From Macrostomum lignano (lineage: Eukaryota), in contig NIVC01001001.1 of assembly GCA_002269645.1 (NCBI GenBank), positions 310,001 through 374,000 on the forward strand: a DNA stretch of 64,000 nt, read 5' to 3'. Positions 13,201-24,925 of this stretch are shown in pieces. The position numbers and the translations under genes were made by a program. Numbering within the stretch: the first letter of the stretch is position 1; each line of letters begins with the position of its first letter. The notes under the pieces are model-generated. The model worked only from the letters and a program-made list of their open reading frames with translations. It searched no databases and was not told the DNA's origin.

Positions 13201-14326
13201 GCATCGATCATGCAAAAACTCATGGACAAAATATTGAATTTAGGGTTTTGGTTAGGGTTAGAATTTTGACAGGAGATTTTTTAAGATTTCAAGGCTACAT
13301 GTAGCTTATTAAAAATACGTGTATTGCATTTCTTTGGCTCCCCAACGGGGGGCGTAGATTGCTAGTGTCAGAACTATTTACATGCAAGGTCAAGATGATG
13401 AGGATAAAATGAAAGGGGAGGATGAAGGGAGATGAAGGGAGATGAAGGGAGGATGAAGGGATAATAAAGAGAGGATGAAGAGAGGATGAAGAGAGGATGA
13501 AGGGACAATGAAGAAAGGATGAAGGGAGGATGAAGGGAGGATGAAGGGAGGATGAAGGGAAGATGAAGAGAATCTAGGGATAATGAAGGGAAGGTGAAGG
13601 GAGGATGAATGGAGGATGAAAGGAGGATGAAGGGATAATGAAGAGAGGATGAAGGGATAATGAAGAGAGGATGAAGGGAGGATGAAGGGAGGATGAGGGG
13701 AGGATGAAGGGAATCTAGGGATAATGAAGGGAAGGTGAAGGGAGGATGAAGGGAATCTAGGGATAATGAAGGGAAGGTGAAGGGAGGATGAAGGGAATCT
13801 AGAGATAATGAAGGGAGGACAAGAAGCTGAGACGGCAACTCACGCCCAGACGCGGCCAGGAAGTCCGGCAGTTCGAGTCCCCGGTCGCCCCAGGCCTCGG
13901 CCGAGTGGCGCTGCATGCCAGCCTCGATGCTGGCGAAGAAGTCGCGCAGCGTCATGGTCAGCGGCTTTGGGTGCCGCAGCAGCTCATAGTCGGCCTGACG
14001 AAGGCAGTAGGAGGCGGGTTAGGGGACAGCGGGATTAAAATTGTGTGTAACTGCAGCGGCAAACAGTGCTCATGTTTGCCGACTGCAGGGTTAGAAAGTA
14101 AAAATAGAGTCAGCAGCAGGTTTGAATTTCACTTCAGCTGCTCACGTCAATGCAATTGGGGAGCGAGAATTCGCACTGCCGCCTTATATGGTGAGCGAAG
14201 CCATTTCTGAATGCAATAGCTGAGCTGGAAAACTGATAGCTACTGGTATTGGATTGATTAGCAATAAATATGCGAGATGGGAATGCAAAAGTTGCTGTTA
14301 AACACTTATATGCTGACGGACAGACT

Positions 14327-14374
<48 letters not shown>

Positions 14375-14525
14375 GGCAGGCAGGCAGGCAGGCAGGCAGA
14401 CAGACAGACAGCCAGACAGACAGACAGACAGACAGACAGGCAGACAGACAGACAGACAGACAGACAGGCAGACAGACAGACAGGCAGACAGGCAGGCAGG
14501 CAGATAGACAGCCAGACAGACAGGC

Positions 14526-14562
<37 letters not shown>

Positions 14563-15054
14563 GGCAGACAGGCAGGCAGGCAGGCAGGCAGACAGACAGA
14601 CAGGCAGGCAGGCAGACAGGCAGGCAGACAGGCAGACAGACGGGCAGACACCCGGACTCACAGGCGGTGCAAACACCCGATGAAACCCGATGAACGCTGC
14701 TCCACCGGACCCGCCGCCAGGTCGGCCGCCGTCGTTACCAGCCGCCGCTGTGATTCGCTTCAATTGCAGTCCGAAATTCGCGTCGCGGGACGCGTAGTTA
14801 GTGGGATAAAATACGCTGACGCTGGCCATCCGATTGGCGCAAGCGGCCGAGGCTGTCCGGACCGTCTGCCTGTTGATGGGGACGAACAGGGAGTCGAGCC
14901 GGAGCAGGTAGCACCGGCCCTGACGGCCCATGGAGGACCAGAAGTAATCGCCGACTGACGCGGACAGGCGTTGACGCCGCGGCTGCGACAGACTTGCCGC
15001 GGCAAAGTAGATCTCCGAGTCATTGCGACTGACCGCCTCTTCTAGTTGCTCCAT
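5288..15054 (-). CDS. Uncharacterised 4-exon protein (~677 aa): unassigned N-terminal globular region with a Cys/His cluster, a basic NLS-like region and a poly-Q/P tail
   Basis: complement(join(5288..6540,7347..7583,13844..13994,14662..15054)), 2034 nt. Donors are GTGAGT/GTGAGT/GTGAGG, phases 0/1/1 match, and the chosen frames are strongly GC3-rich. An in-frame TAA lies just upstream of the ATG at 15054. The last acceptor (CCCGCAG, exon start 6540) was chosen because it alone joins the 1.25 kb Q-rich open frame. Confidence 0.72.
6571..7338. repeat. (GACA/GGCA)n microsatellite filling intron 3 of the uncharacterised gene
   Basis: Continuous GACA/GGCA tetramers; source of the SVCL/RQTD ORFs. 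Confidence 0.95.
7773..9017. repeat. Long inverted repeat (foldback): arms 7773-8180 and 8606-9017
   Basis: 7773 ACTTGCACTGTTCGATCAGAAATTTTCC...GTTATCAAAACGAT 8180 is the reverse complement of 8606 ATCGTTTTGATAAC...GGAAAATTTCTGATCGAACAGTGCAAGT 9017, with scattered substitutions and small indels. Confidence 0.92.
8310..11790 (+). repeat. 22-23 bp satellite array (AAA(C/A)AATCATAGAAGCGTCATGT), interrupted at 8606-9030, with a higher-order period of ~1.0-1.05 kb
   Basis: More than 100 monomers. Diagnostic variants recur at fixed distances: CATCGAAGTGACATG at 9721 and 10724; ATCGCCATG at 9861 and 10910; TTCATAG at 10010 and 11059. Degenerate monomers reappear at 13120-13230. Confidence 0.95.
11830..13370 (+). 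repeat. Degenerate ~450 bp repeat units carrying telomere-like TTAGGG tracts
   Basis: GCTAC(ATGTAG)-type anchors near 11944, 12413, 12881 and 13294, with recurring CTGAGAT(G/T)TCAAGGCT. Cleanest (TTAGGG)n at 12626-12733; degenerate tracts at ~12215-12260, 12995-13085 and 13240-13262. Confidence 0.7.
13390..13820 (+). repeat. Purine-rich ~11 bp minisatellite (GAGGATGAAGG)
   Basis: Near-homopurine tandem array on the + strand, at the donor end of intron 2. Confidence 0.9.
14315..14645. repeat. (GACA/GGCA)n microsatellite in intron 1 of the uncharacterised gene
   Basis: Tetramer array visible directly. Confidence 0.95.
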
Positions 15055-15134
15055 CGGTTATAGGAAGAGTTGCAGTGTCGATGGTCTGCCTGGTTTTAAA
15101 TAAAAGCATTTGGGCAATTCTGTAGAAAATTCGC

Positions 15135-15305
15135 TGTCTGACAGGGGATACTTGTGTGTCTGACAGGGGATGCCTGTGTGTCTGACAGGGGATGCCTGTG
15201 TGTCTGACAGGGGATGCCTGTGTGTCTGACAGGGGATGCCTGTGTGTCTGACAGGGGATGCCTCTGTGTCTGACAGGGGATGCCTGTGTGTCTGACAGGA
15301 TGTGT
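15135..15305 (+). repeat. 22 bp minisatellite upstream of the uncharacterised gene
   Basis: Unit TGACAGGGGATGCCTGTGTGTC, about 7-8 copies. Confidence 0.9.
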
Positions 15306-18300
15306 GTCTGCCTGTGCTTATCGAATTACACAGAAGAGAAGGTGTGCTTCCAACAGGAAATTCTTTTGTCACACTTGGTTCGAACATCAGCATTTATTAC
15401 CATCGGTAGCATTTTCTGCTCAATTTTTTCCGACGTAATGAGCGCTTAAAAAGATTGCGCGATTTCTTATAAATTCTAGTCGTCAGGCAGAAGAGCATGC
15501 ATGCCCTGCCCGGCTGGCCTCAAGCTCTTAGCAAGGGGCGCGGACGCATGAAATCGTACTGTACCAACCAAGCCCGGCATTGCAAATGCAAGCGGCAAGA
15601 ACTGTGAAGAACTGCTAGAGGCCGCGACCGCCTCCCCTGCCCCCCACCACCCCGCGGAGAAACACGCGAGCGCACGCGCGCCAAAGTGCAGTGCAGCAGC
15701 GGCAGCAGCTTGCATTCTAAGCCAATAAGAAGTGTAGAATGTAGGCCTTTTGACCCTCCCCGCCCTGACAAATAAATGTACAGTGTAGAGAAAATGCGCT
15801 CCTGACGTTCCCCCCCCGCGCTACAGGGGGAGGGGGTGATAATAAGATGGGGGTTGGCCAAGTTCAGGGCAAATCAAGTGTACACTGGAATGAGGGGCGG
15901 GGGGGCGATGGACCAGGAATGTACAATTTACAATGTACATGTTTAGCCGTGTGGAATATTTCAAGGGCGGGCTTACAAAGCGCATTCATTTAAACCAAAT
16001 CTAAAAGAAACGGGGGTTCTCCCCAACAGCTCCCCGCCTCGCTATGCACGCAACGGAGCCAACAACCCCCTGGGCCCCACCACCCCTCCCAACAAGCGCT
16101 CGGAACACCGCCTCAACACAGGCGCACACACATGGTCGCAGCCGCCAACCCCCCTCTATTCCGATCCTTGGACTCGCCAGTCGACCATTTGAAAGCAAAA
16201 AAAATTGTGGAAAGAAGAGTCAGAACGGGAACACACGCCGTCGTTTCAGTTGCTTACGTACCAATCTTCTTGGCTTTCAGTTTTTTGGCCAATATTTGAT
16301 GCATAGTATGAGCAATTATGCAGGGGTACGTGTCATTGTATCGATATAACACGGTTTTAAACTTAGCTTAGAGAATCATTTTGATTAGAAAAGGAAATAT
16401 TCGTCTTACAAAATTAGCGAAAAAGATACGCTGATTTAAAATTATAATCCTTTAATAAAGAGGCCAATTTCCCGATGTACTCATGTACTCATTTACTCAT
16501 GTAAAACGTTCTGACAACTGACGAATGGATGACCGGATCGCAATAAAATTAATCATACTATAATACATTCGAAGAAAGCACCGTTTTCGGACTCTTAATC
16601 AAACTTTAACATTCTACTCTTTTGGGCTGACCAAAATTTGGAAATTTGATTAGTTGTCTAAAATGAACAAGTAACTAGTATAACTCCTGATGCCACCGTC
16701 ACAGATTAATTATAACCAGAGATTAGTAAAATTCTGAACAAGAAAACAAGAAACCTAGTTTATCATTGTGTCGTATATCGAATCAAACGTTACAGAGAAG
16801 AGCAGAATAACTTACTTTAATCTGAAGTACGGTAGACTCAGCTTCGAATTATATTCAGAAAAATCTCAACAAATAACAGCAATGTCTGGAAGCTTATCTT
16901 AATCCTTTTCGAATCTGAATGTCTTGAAGAGGGTTCGGCAGTTTGCTAAAACTTCAATGCAATTTTGCTCAACATATAGGTACCTTTTTCACCACTAAAT
17001 ACGGGGGGGGACGCACGCACGTACACCTTAATACAGAACATTACACTTTAAGCCAACGCGCCCACGGCTCTTAAAAAAATCAGGCGGACAGGGAGGCCAG
17101 CGAGAGCGTGCGGGTGGACGTGGGGAGAGGGGTGGGGGTTGGGGCTGCGCGGACGGGGTTGAGGGGGTAAGGGCCTGAGCTGGAACACTAGGAGCTGGAA
17201 CAGGCCATGCAGAGGGCGACTGTACACCAGTGGGTAATGGGGTGGTTGGCCTGCTGAACATTAACTTGGAGGGTGAAATGTACACACAGACCATTATAGA
17301 CGGGTGCAAAGCCAAGCGAAGGCTAAGCAAAACGTTTCTAAAGCGTAGGAAAGTAAAAAAAGTAATAAAAGCAATTAGAGCACTTATTATTAATTAACTG
17401 GGGGATAAGCTAAACAGCGTACTACACTACCATTTAGAGTAATTAAAATTAAAGCACAAAATTTAACAATTATCACTGGTTAGTGGTTCCTCAATTCGAA
17501 CTGTGATATGAACTCAGGTTAAAGGCCATGCAGGTTCGGTGCAACTTCTAAAGACAAAATGAGCATATAAGCTCAGAGGTTAGACTGTACAGCAACTCGA
17601 AACCCAAGAGTACAGTACACTGATGCCCCTGTACACTTAAGGACAGATGTACCGCATATCAATGCTAAACTGTTACATATATTTAAGCCTAACAGATTTT
17701 GCCACCTTGAAAATTTCTCACACTAATACACACGCTAACACCGGGCCCTAAGCCTAAGCTGTTGCAGACAAAAATTCTGTGAAAATTGAGAAAAACAAGA
17801 AAAACAGAACAATCATTTACATAGTTTTGCTTTTCCGCGCTAGCACACACACGCACACAGGAACAGCAGTTGCAGAAACTCTTAAGAGAGGATATATAAT
17901 AAGATTAATAGTAATGAAGCTTTATATATTATTGTTGCAAACTTTAAATAATTATAGGCAAACTGCAATTTAAATTTATATGCGCATATACACAATAATA
18001 CAGTATTAGATTAGTGTAATCTGACTGATAATGGGAGGCCATAACTATTAAAACAAAAAAGAAACCATGTTTATCAATACACACAATTTAAACAGCAAAA
18101 TGGCAGGTTTTTTGTTAAATGCAATAGCAAATGTCTATTAGATAAATATTACTGATATATCTAATAAACATTATTAATTACTCGCATTTCACACTGTCTT
18201 TTTACCATAGAAATTGTTTTTTTAGTATACTATAGGACACAGCTACTGAGAGTAGTATAAGTAAGGCCTTGGTGCATTATAATTCAATATTTATTTAGTT

Positions 18301-18809
18301 ATTAATAATACAGATATACTAGTAATCATCAGTTCAGAGGCATACACATATTATCTGTGCAAATTGTAAATGCAGTAAGAAACACTAAATAATAACAATA
18401 ATAGCGTTAGATTATTAATTTAAGGAAATCATTGTACAATTTACAGATCATGATCTATCAATTTTATCGTTTCTTTTAATAGAGAAGCAATTATTAATCG
18501 AAATTTACAAAATATGGTACTAATAAAAAAGCTTTAAAAAACCTGCCTAAAATATGAAGGTAAATCTTCTGCAACCAAAATAAATATTGAAACTACAGTG
18601 ATGGGCGCAAATAATGCCATTATAAACTGCCTGGCCGTTTGTATAAGTGATTCAGAACCAGAGCGCACACTCCAAAAGTACAATTATAAAAGGTACAATT
18701 ATTAATATAATGTTGAAAAATTAAACCTAAAAGCCAGAATAAATATTAAAACATGTTTAGATATATTTGGTGCCATACTTTCCGCAACTTTTAATGATGA
18801 TTATTCGCT

Positions 18810-19143
18810 GGGACGGGGTTAGAGAGTACAGTGATGGCTGGGAGGGGTTAGAGAGTACAGTGATGGCTGGGAGGGGTTAGAGAGTACAGTGATGGCTGGG
18901 AGGGGTTAGAGAGTACAGTGATCGCTGGGAGGGGTTAGAGAGTACAGTGAGCTGGGAGGGGTTAGAGAGTACAGTGGCGGCTGGGAGGGGTTAGAGAGTA
19001 CAGTGGCGGCTGGGAGGGGGTTAGAGAGTACAGTGATGGCTGGGAGGGATTAGAGAGTACAGTGGCGGCTGGGAGGGGGTTAGAGAGTACAGTGATGGCT
19101 GGGAGGGATTAGAGAGTACAGTGGCCGCTGGGGGGGTTAGAGA
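18810..19143 (+). repeat. ~29 bp G-rich minisatellite
   Basis: Unit GGGAGGGGTTAGAGAGTACAGTGATGGCT, about 11 copies. Confidence 0.92.
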
Positions 19144-19781
19144 GTTGACATATTCGTTATATTAGTTTTGGCCTCAAACTGACAAAAAGTGCATCCAAAA
19201 AAGAAAGTGCCAACGTACACAGAGTCTATACAGAAGATGAAGGAATATTCAAGTTCAGAGCTAATGGTATCTTTGAGAAAAATATTTTACAGACAGGAAT
19301 AAACTAATTACACAAGTTGGCTTGATTGCACTGCGACTAATTAACAAATTTAAAAAAGCAATCGGCAAAACTGACCATTTTTTCAATTGAAGGATTTACT
19401 GTTATTGCAAGGTGCACTTAGCATTGAAGAAAAAGATATTGACAAGCTAGCAAAGCAAAGCAAAACAGGCAACGATTTTAAGAAGAATTTCTAATAAAAA
19501 TCCGCTATAAATTTTATTGAATAATAAAAAAACTGATTCAGAACAATAATTTACATAGCATATACACGCACTATACATAGTGGGGGTTATGATTACGTAA
19601 ATATAACTTTTTTTATTAAATATTATAAATATGATTTGTTGCTAAAAAGAGGCAGCGAGTGAGAGACAGGCAGACAGAAGAAGAATTAAAAACATCTAAA
19701 ACTCTTTTCTTAAACAGGTTTCTCAAGTCTGTTTAACATTAGCATTATAATATTAATATTAAATTGTTAATTAGTGAATCA

Positions 19782-22700
19782 TCAGAGCGTAGTGTACGTG
19801 AGTTCCTGACGGTCCAGTCCAGATGCAGCGCCGCTAGCAGAGGAGGCTGAGACAGCGCCGCCAGCGGAGGAGACGGCCACGGTGAGGGCGGGAAGGCCGG
19901 AGACGGCCTGAATGGCGCCGCCGGGTCCACCGGAGATGGCGGCAGCGGCGGCAACGGAGCTGGCCAGCTGGCTGGGGTCGGACACCAGCAGCAGGTTGGT
20001 GAAGTTCGGGAAGCCCAGCTGCTGACCGCTGATCAACTGGAAGGAGGGAGCCACGGCCGCTGCGGTGCCCCAGGGATCCGTTGGCGCACTCGGCGCCCCG
20101 CTGGCGCCGCCTCCGGCTGTCGCGGCGGCTGCGGCTGCGGCGGCCGGCTGATAATAGAGAGGCTGACACAGCTGCCACTCGCCTTGCTGGTTCATCACAG
20201 CGTATTGGGGAGTTCCGGCGAATGACGTGATGTTGGGGAGGCTGGCAATGACCGCCTGCTGCTGCTGTTGCTGCTGCTGCTGCTGTTGGTGATGCAGCAT
20301 CTGCTGCTGCTGCTGCTGATGCACAAGCTGCTGCTGTTGAAATACCTGCTGGAAATAGAGAACATATTGTTCTACATCGGTATAATAACAATTGACAAAA
20401 ACCTCCCAAGTCACAGAGAGTGTAAATGCCTGACAATGAGAAAATCAGAGCCCCTGTACACCCTGTATGAGCGTGCACTTGTTTGCCATATCCATTAGAC
20501 ATACCTGTTGCTGCTGTTGCTGCTGCTGTTCTTGCTGCTTCATTGTGGCAACTTGTAGAAGCGCAGGCTGCTGCTGCTGCTGCTGTTGCTGGGCGGACTT
20601 GGCACCTCGACCTGATTTACTACGCTTTCCACTATTCGAAGACGCCGGCCCACTTTGGCCAGATAAAGCAGCTTTGCTTTTGCCTTTGCCCTTGCCTTTG
20701 CCGCCGCCGCTGCTGCTGCCGGCGACGCCAATTTCGTCGGCAGCGACTTCGCCAACTGTAACGGCGCCTGTAGTAGCGTCGGTGCCGTTGGCGCCTGCGC
20801 CTGCGGCGGCTGCTGCCGCGGCTTCTGCTTTCCGTTTGCGTCGACGCTCGGCTTTGAGCACAGATTTGGGATCGGGCTGGCTCACCCGCATCTCAGTGTA
20901 GTCTGTGAATACCTGGCCAAGCGATGAGGATTGGCATTGATGAGATTGAGGATGTCACTGCTGCAGGTCTGTTACCTAGCCAGTACTATTCGTGAACGAT
21001 GAGTAGATGCTAACAGGTAAATGAGCAGAGGATGAGCAGACTCAATGAGCAGAGAAAGAGCAGAATCAATGAGCAGAAAATGAGCATACTCAATGAGCAG
21101 ATTCAATGAGCAGAATCAATGAGCAGAACATGAGCATACTCAATGAGCAGACTCTACTCAATGAGCAGAATCAATGAGCAGAATCAATGTGCAGAGCATG
21201 AGCAGACTCAATGAGCAGACATGAGCAGATTCAATGAGCAGAGCATGAGCACTCAATGAGCACAGAATTAAAAAGACGAGATGACATTAACACAGACAAG
21301 AGGTTTAATCGACTAATTTATCAGCTCACCAGCTCAGCGTCGGGCACAGGGCCTGTCCTGCCCAAGATTTGGTCTCGCATTTTGCGCAGAGCAATGTAGA
21401 ACGGCAGTTTATCTGCAGCTCTGGGCAGCTGGGCGCACCTGGCACTGGAGGAGGGCATCACGAATACCGCGATGTCGTCTGTGCCAGACAGAGGGCCCGG
21501 CTGCTTGCCCATGTAGAAATTCTTGTTGCCAACAAATGCCTCGTAGATGCCTGCGGGAGGGAGACGGCAGCTTCTCTGCAGTAGATTGAGAACCTCACCC
21601 TCACATCGTAGAGAGTCTCAGATAGAATAGAGAAAAATCTTAACCCCATGATTCTATAGGGGAGAATCTCACTCTTAAAATTTCGTAGAGAGGGTATCTC
21701 ACCCTAAGATTGCATAGAATAGTCTCAGTCTCACCCCTAAGACTGCATAGAGCAGAATCTCACCCATAAGACTGCATAGAGGAGAATCTCCCCCATAAGA
21801 TTGCATAGAGTCTCACCCTTAAGATTGCATAGAGGAAAATCTCACCCCTAAGATTGCATAAAGGAGAATCCCACTCTTAAGGTTTGATAGAGACAGTATC
21901 TCACCCTGAGATTTTTAGATATAGACATTTAGACTCTTAGAGGTTAAAAATCTTACCCATAGACTTAGTGTTAAGAATATCACCCATAGACTTTAAGGCT
22001 AGCAACCTGACCAGTATATGTACACCCGAAGAGCAAAGTAGTGCTAGCTTACCTTTGCCATTGAAGACAGCAATTTTCGGTTTGTGCCGTGTCAGCTTTG
22101 TTAACAGTATCTCAGCTGCTTCTTTCATCTCTTTCCTGCATTAAATATGATATAACAAAAACTGCTGTATAATGATTTTTTCGATACATATCGGCTAAAA
22201 ATTAAACAAGCAGTTGTACAGGCTTCTTACCTGGTCAAATCGGCGGCCCCTTTGATCGGGCGGGTGACGACGTTGGTAAAACCGATGCCGAACTGACAGA
22301 TCCGATAGTCGTCATGGCAACTAAGCTGGTCGCTGATAAGCCCGCTCTCGGTAAGACAGGACCAGAAGTGGTTGCCAGGGCCCGCATAGTGATGCCCGGA
22401 GTACACGGCAGATAACATGGGGTTGAGGCCGATCTGGGAGGTCAGAGAGCTGCTTACCGTGAGACTGTGAGACGGCGACTCAAAGCACACAGGTACTCAC
22501 CACTACAATGTCCAGGCCGTCAGCGAGGTAGTCTGGTAGGGCGGTGATGGTGCTGGGCAACGGCTGGTTTTGCTCGTCCACCAGCAGCTGGCTGCGGAAC
22601 TTCTCGCAGTGGGGACAGGCGCCGATAGCGTTCAGCTCCAGGCGCTGGCGCTTCGTCAGCAGGCTGCAATTGGAGGGCTGGCTGTGTCAGCTGGGTCAGT

Positions 22701-23856
22701 GGCTGTGTCAGCTTGGTGTGTGGCTGTGTCAGCTGGGTGTGTGGCTGTGTCAGCTGGGTATGTGGTTGTGTCAGCTAGGTGAGTGGCTGTGTCATGCAGC
22801 TGGGTATGTGGCTGTGTCAGCTGGGTGTGTGGCTGTGTCAGCTGGGTGTGTGGCTGTGTCAGCTGGGTATGTGGTTGTGTCAGCTGGGTGAGTGGCTGTG
22901 TCATGCAGCTGGGTATGTGGCTGTGTCAGCTGGGTGTGTTGCTGTGTCAGCTGGGTATGTGGTTGTGTCAGCTGGGTGAGTGGCTGTGTCGGCTGGGTGA
23001 GTGGCTGTGTCAGCTGGGTGAGTGGCTGTGTCAGCTGGGTGAGTGGCTGTGTCAGCTGGGTGAGTGGCTGTGTCAGCTGGGTGAGTGGCTGTGTCATGCA
23101 GCTGGGTATGTGGCTGTGTCAGCTGGGTGTGTGGCTGTGTCAGCTGGGTGTGTGGCTGTCAGCTGGGTATGTGGTTGTGTCAGCTGGGCGGGTGGCTGTG
23201 TCAGCTGGGTGTGTGGCTGTGTCAGTTGGGTGGGTGGCTGTGTCAGTTAAGTAGGTGGCTGTGTCAGCTGGTTGGCTGTGTCAGCTGGGTGGCTGTGTCA
23301 GCTGGGTGGCTGTGTCAGCTGGGTGGCTGTCAGTTGGGTGGGTGGCTGTGTCAGCTGTGTGTGGCTGTGTCATTTGGGTGGGTGGCTGTGTCAGCTGGGT
23401 GGGTGGCTGTGTCAGCTTGGTGAGTGGCTGTGTCAGCTAGTTGGCTGTGTCAGCAGACAGCAAATGGGTAGCACCTGACCTTTCCACATTTTTGGCTCCA
23501 GATGGTATCACAATAGGTTTGTTCATAAGCTGCTGCTGCTGTTGCTGCTGCTGATGCTGCTGCAAAAGCATCAGGTGCTGCTGCTGCTGTTGCTGCGGAG
23601 TGGCCGGAGGGGTCGGCAGGTGCACAGAGGTCACAGATGAGCTGGGCTGAGACACGGGACTCATGAGATGATTGACTTGATGTTGCTGCTGCTGTGGCTG
23701 CTGAATGATCACGCCAGACTGCTGTTCTCCGTTAACCATGCCGTTACCAGGGACATTTTGAACAATCACTGGTTGCTGCTGCTGCTGCTGGGCATAGGAG
23801 ACCGCTGAGCCGGTGTGGTGATAAGCAGGTGTGAAAGTCTGTCCAGCTGCACTCAT
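19782..23856 (-). CDS. TDG: G/T mismatch-specific thymine DNA glycosylase (TDG/Mug family) homologue, copy A, 7 exons, ~672 aa
   Basis: complement(join(19782..20345,20505..20912,21330..21550,22053..22135,22231..22433,22501..22663,23480..23856)), 2019 nt, phases consistent. Motifs LPDYLADGLDIVVIGLNP, GHHYAGPGNHFW, GIGFTN, KPKIAVFNGK and VMPSSSARCAQLPRA match the human/Drosophila TDG catalytic domain; the flanks are poly-Q. Confidence 0.93.
21020..21270 (+). repeat. 11-13 bp minisatellite (GAGCAGACTCAAT / GAGCAGAGCAT), TDG-A intron 5
   Basis: Tandem array; the homologous array in copy B spans 27770-28590. Confidence 0.88.
21590..22000 (+). repeat. ~29 bp degenerate minisatellite, TDG-A intron 4
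   Basis: Unit TAAGATTGCATAGAGGAGAATCTCACCCC; homologue at 28915-29600. Confidence 0.8.
22678..23456 (+). repeat. ~21 bp minisatellite (GCTGGGTGTGTGGCTGTGTCA), TDG-A intron 1
   Basis: Tandem array explaining the VWLCQLG-type ORFs; a shorter homologue lies at 30303-30575. Confidence 0.92.
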
Positions 23857-24149
23857 AATTGCTTAATAGTCAATAAAAAAATTCTGCTCGAGTTCACTTG
23901 TTTCTCTGCCGTACTGCGATGAAATTTTCTTTTTTCAATAAATATATTTTATCAATATTAAGGGTCGTTAAGGCCCGGTTTATCAGTTATAATCGAATAT
24001 CGAGTTGCAACTTGGTAAAAGAATACAAGCAGCCTGAAATTGTGTTTTGTTAATGACGATTAATTCAAGTGTGTCTTTGAAAGCGAATTAAATAACAATT
24101 ATAGAGGCAAGATTTCAGCCAACCACAAGAGCTGGGGTTGGTTGGGCAG

Positions 24150-24925
24150 CCAGTCAGCCAATCAGGGATGGTAAGGTAGGGCTCCAGCCAATCAGAGAGC
24201 TGGGGATAGTTAGGCAGGTTTCCAGACAATCAGAGAGTTAGGGATGATTGGGCAGGGTCCAAGCCAATCAGAGAGCTGGAAATGGTTGGGCAGGGTTCCA
24301 GCCAATCAGAGACCTGGAAATCGTTGGACAGGACCCAGCCAATCAGGGATGGTTGAGTAGAGTTCCAGCCAATCAGAGAGCTGGGGATGGATGGAAAGGG
24401 TTCCCGCCAATTCGAGAGCTGGGAATGGTTGGGCAGGGTTCCAGCCAATCAGAGAGCTGGGGATGGACGGAAAGGGTTCCCGCCAATTCGAGAGCTGGGA
24501 ATGGTTGGGCAGGGTTCCAGCCAATCAGAGAGCTGGGGATGGACGGAAAGGGTTCCCGCCAATTCGAGAGCTGGGAATGGTTGGACAGGGTTCCAGACAA
24601 TCAGAGACCTGGGAATCGTTGGACAGGGACCCAGCCAATCAGGGATGGTTGAGTAGGGTTCCAGCCAATCAGAGAGCTGGCGATGGTTGGACAGGGACCC
24701 GGTCAATCAGTGATGGTTGGACAGGGTTGCAGCCAATTAGAGAGCTGGGGGTGGTTGGGCAGGGTTGCAGCCAATTAGAGAGCTGGGGATGGTTGGGCAG
24801 GGTTGCAGCCAATTAGAGAGCTGGGGTGGTTGGGCAGGGTTGCAGCCAATTAGAGAGCTGGGGATGGTTGGGCAGGGTTGCAGCCAATTAGAGAGCTGGG
24901 GATGGTTCGGTAGGGAGCCAGCCAA
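24150..24925 (+). repeat. ~38 bp minisatellite with a CCAAT box in most units, ~0.3-1.07 kb upstream of the TDG-A ATG
   Basis: Unit CCAGCCAATCAGAGAGCTGGGGATGGTTGGGCAGGGTT, with well over a dozen (A/C)GCCAAT(C/T) motifs. Confidence 0.9.

Noticed and set aside
15476-17330. GC-rich patches with 60-113 aa ORFs
   Set aside because: No recognisable domain, no consistent splice pattern and no codon bias; possibly repeat remnants or promoter DNA.
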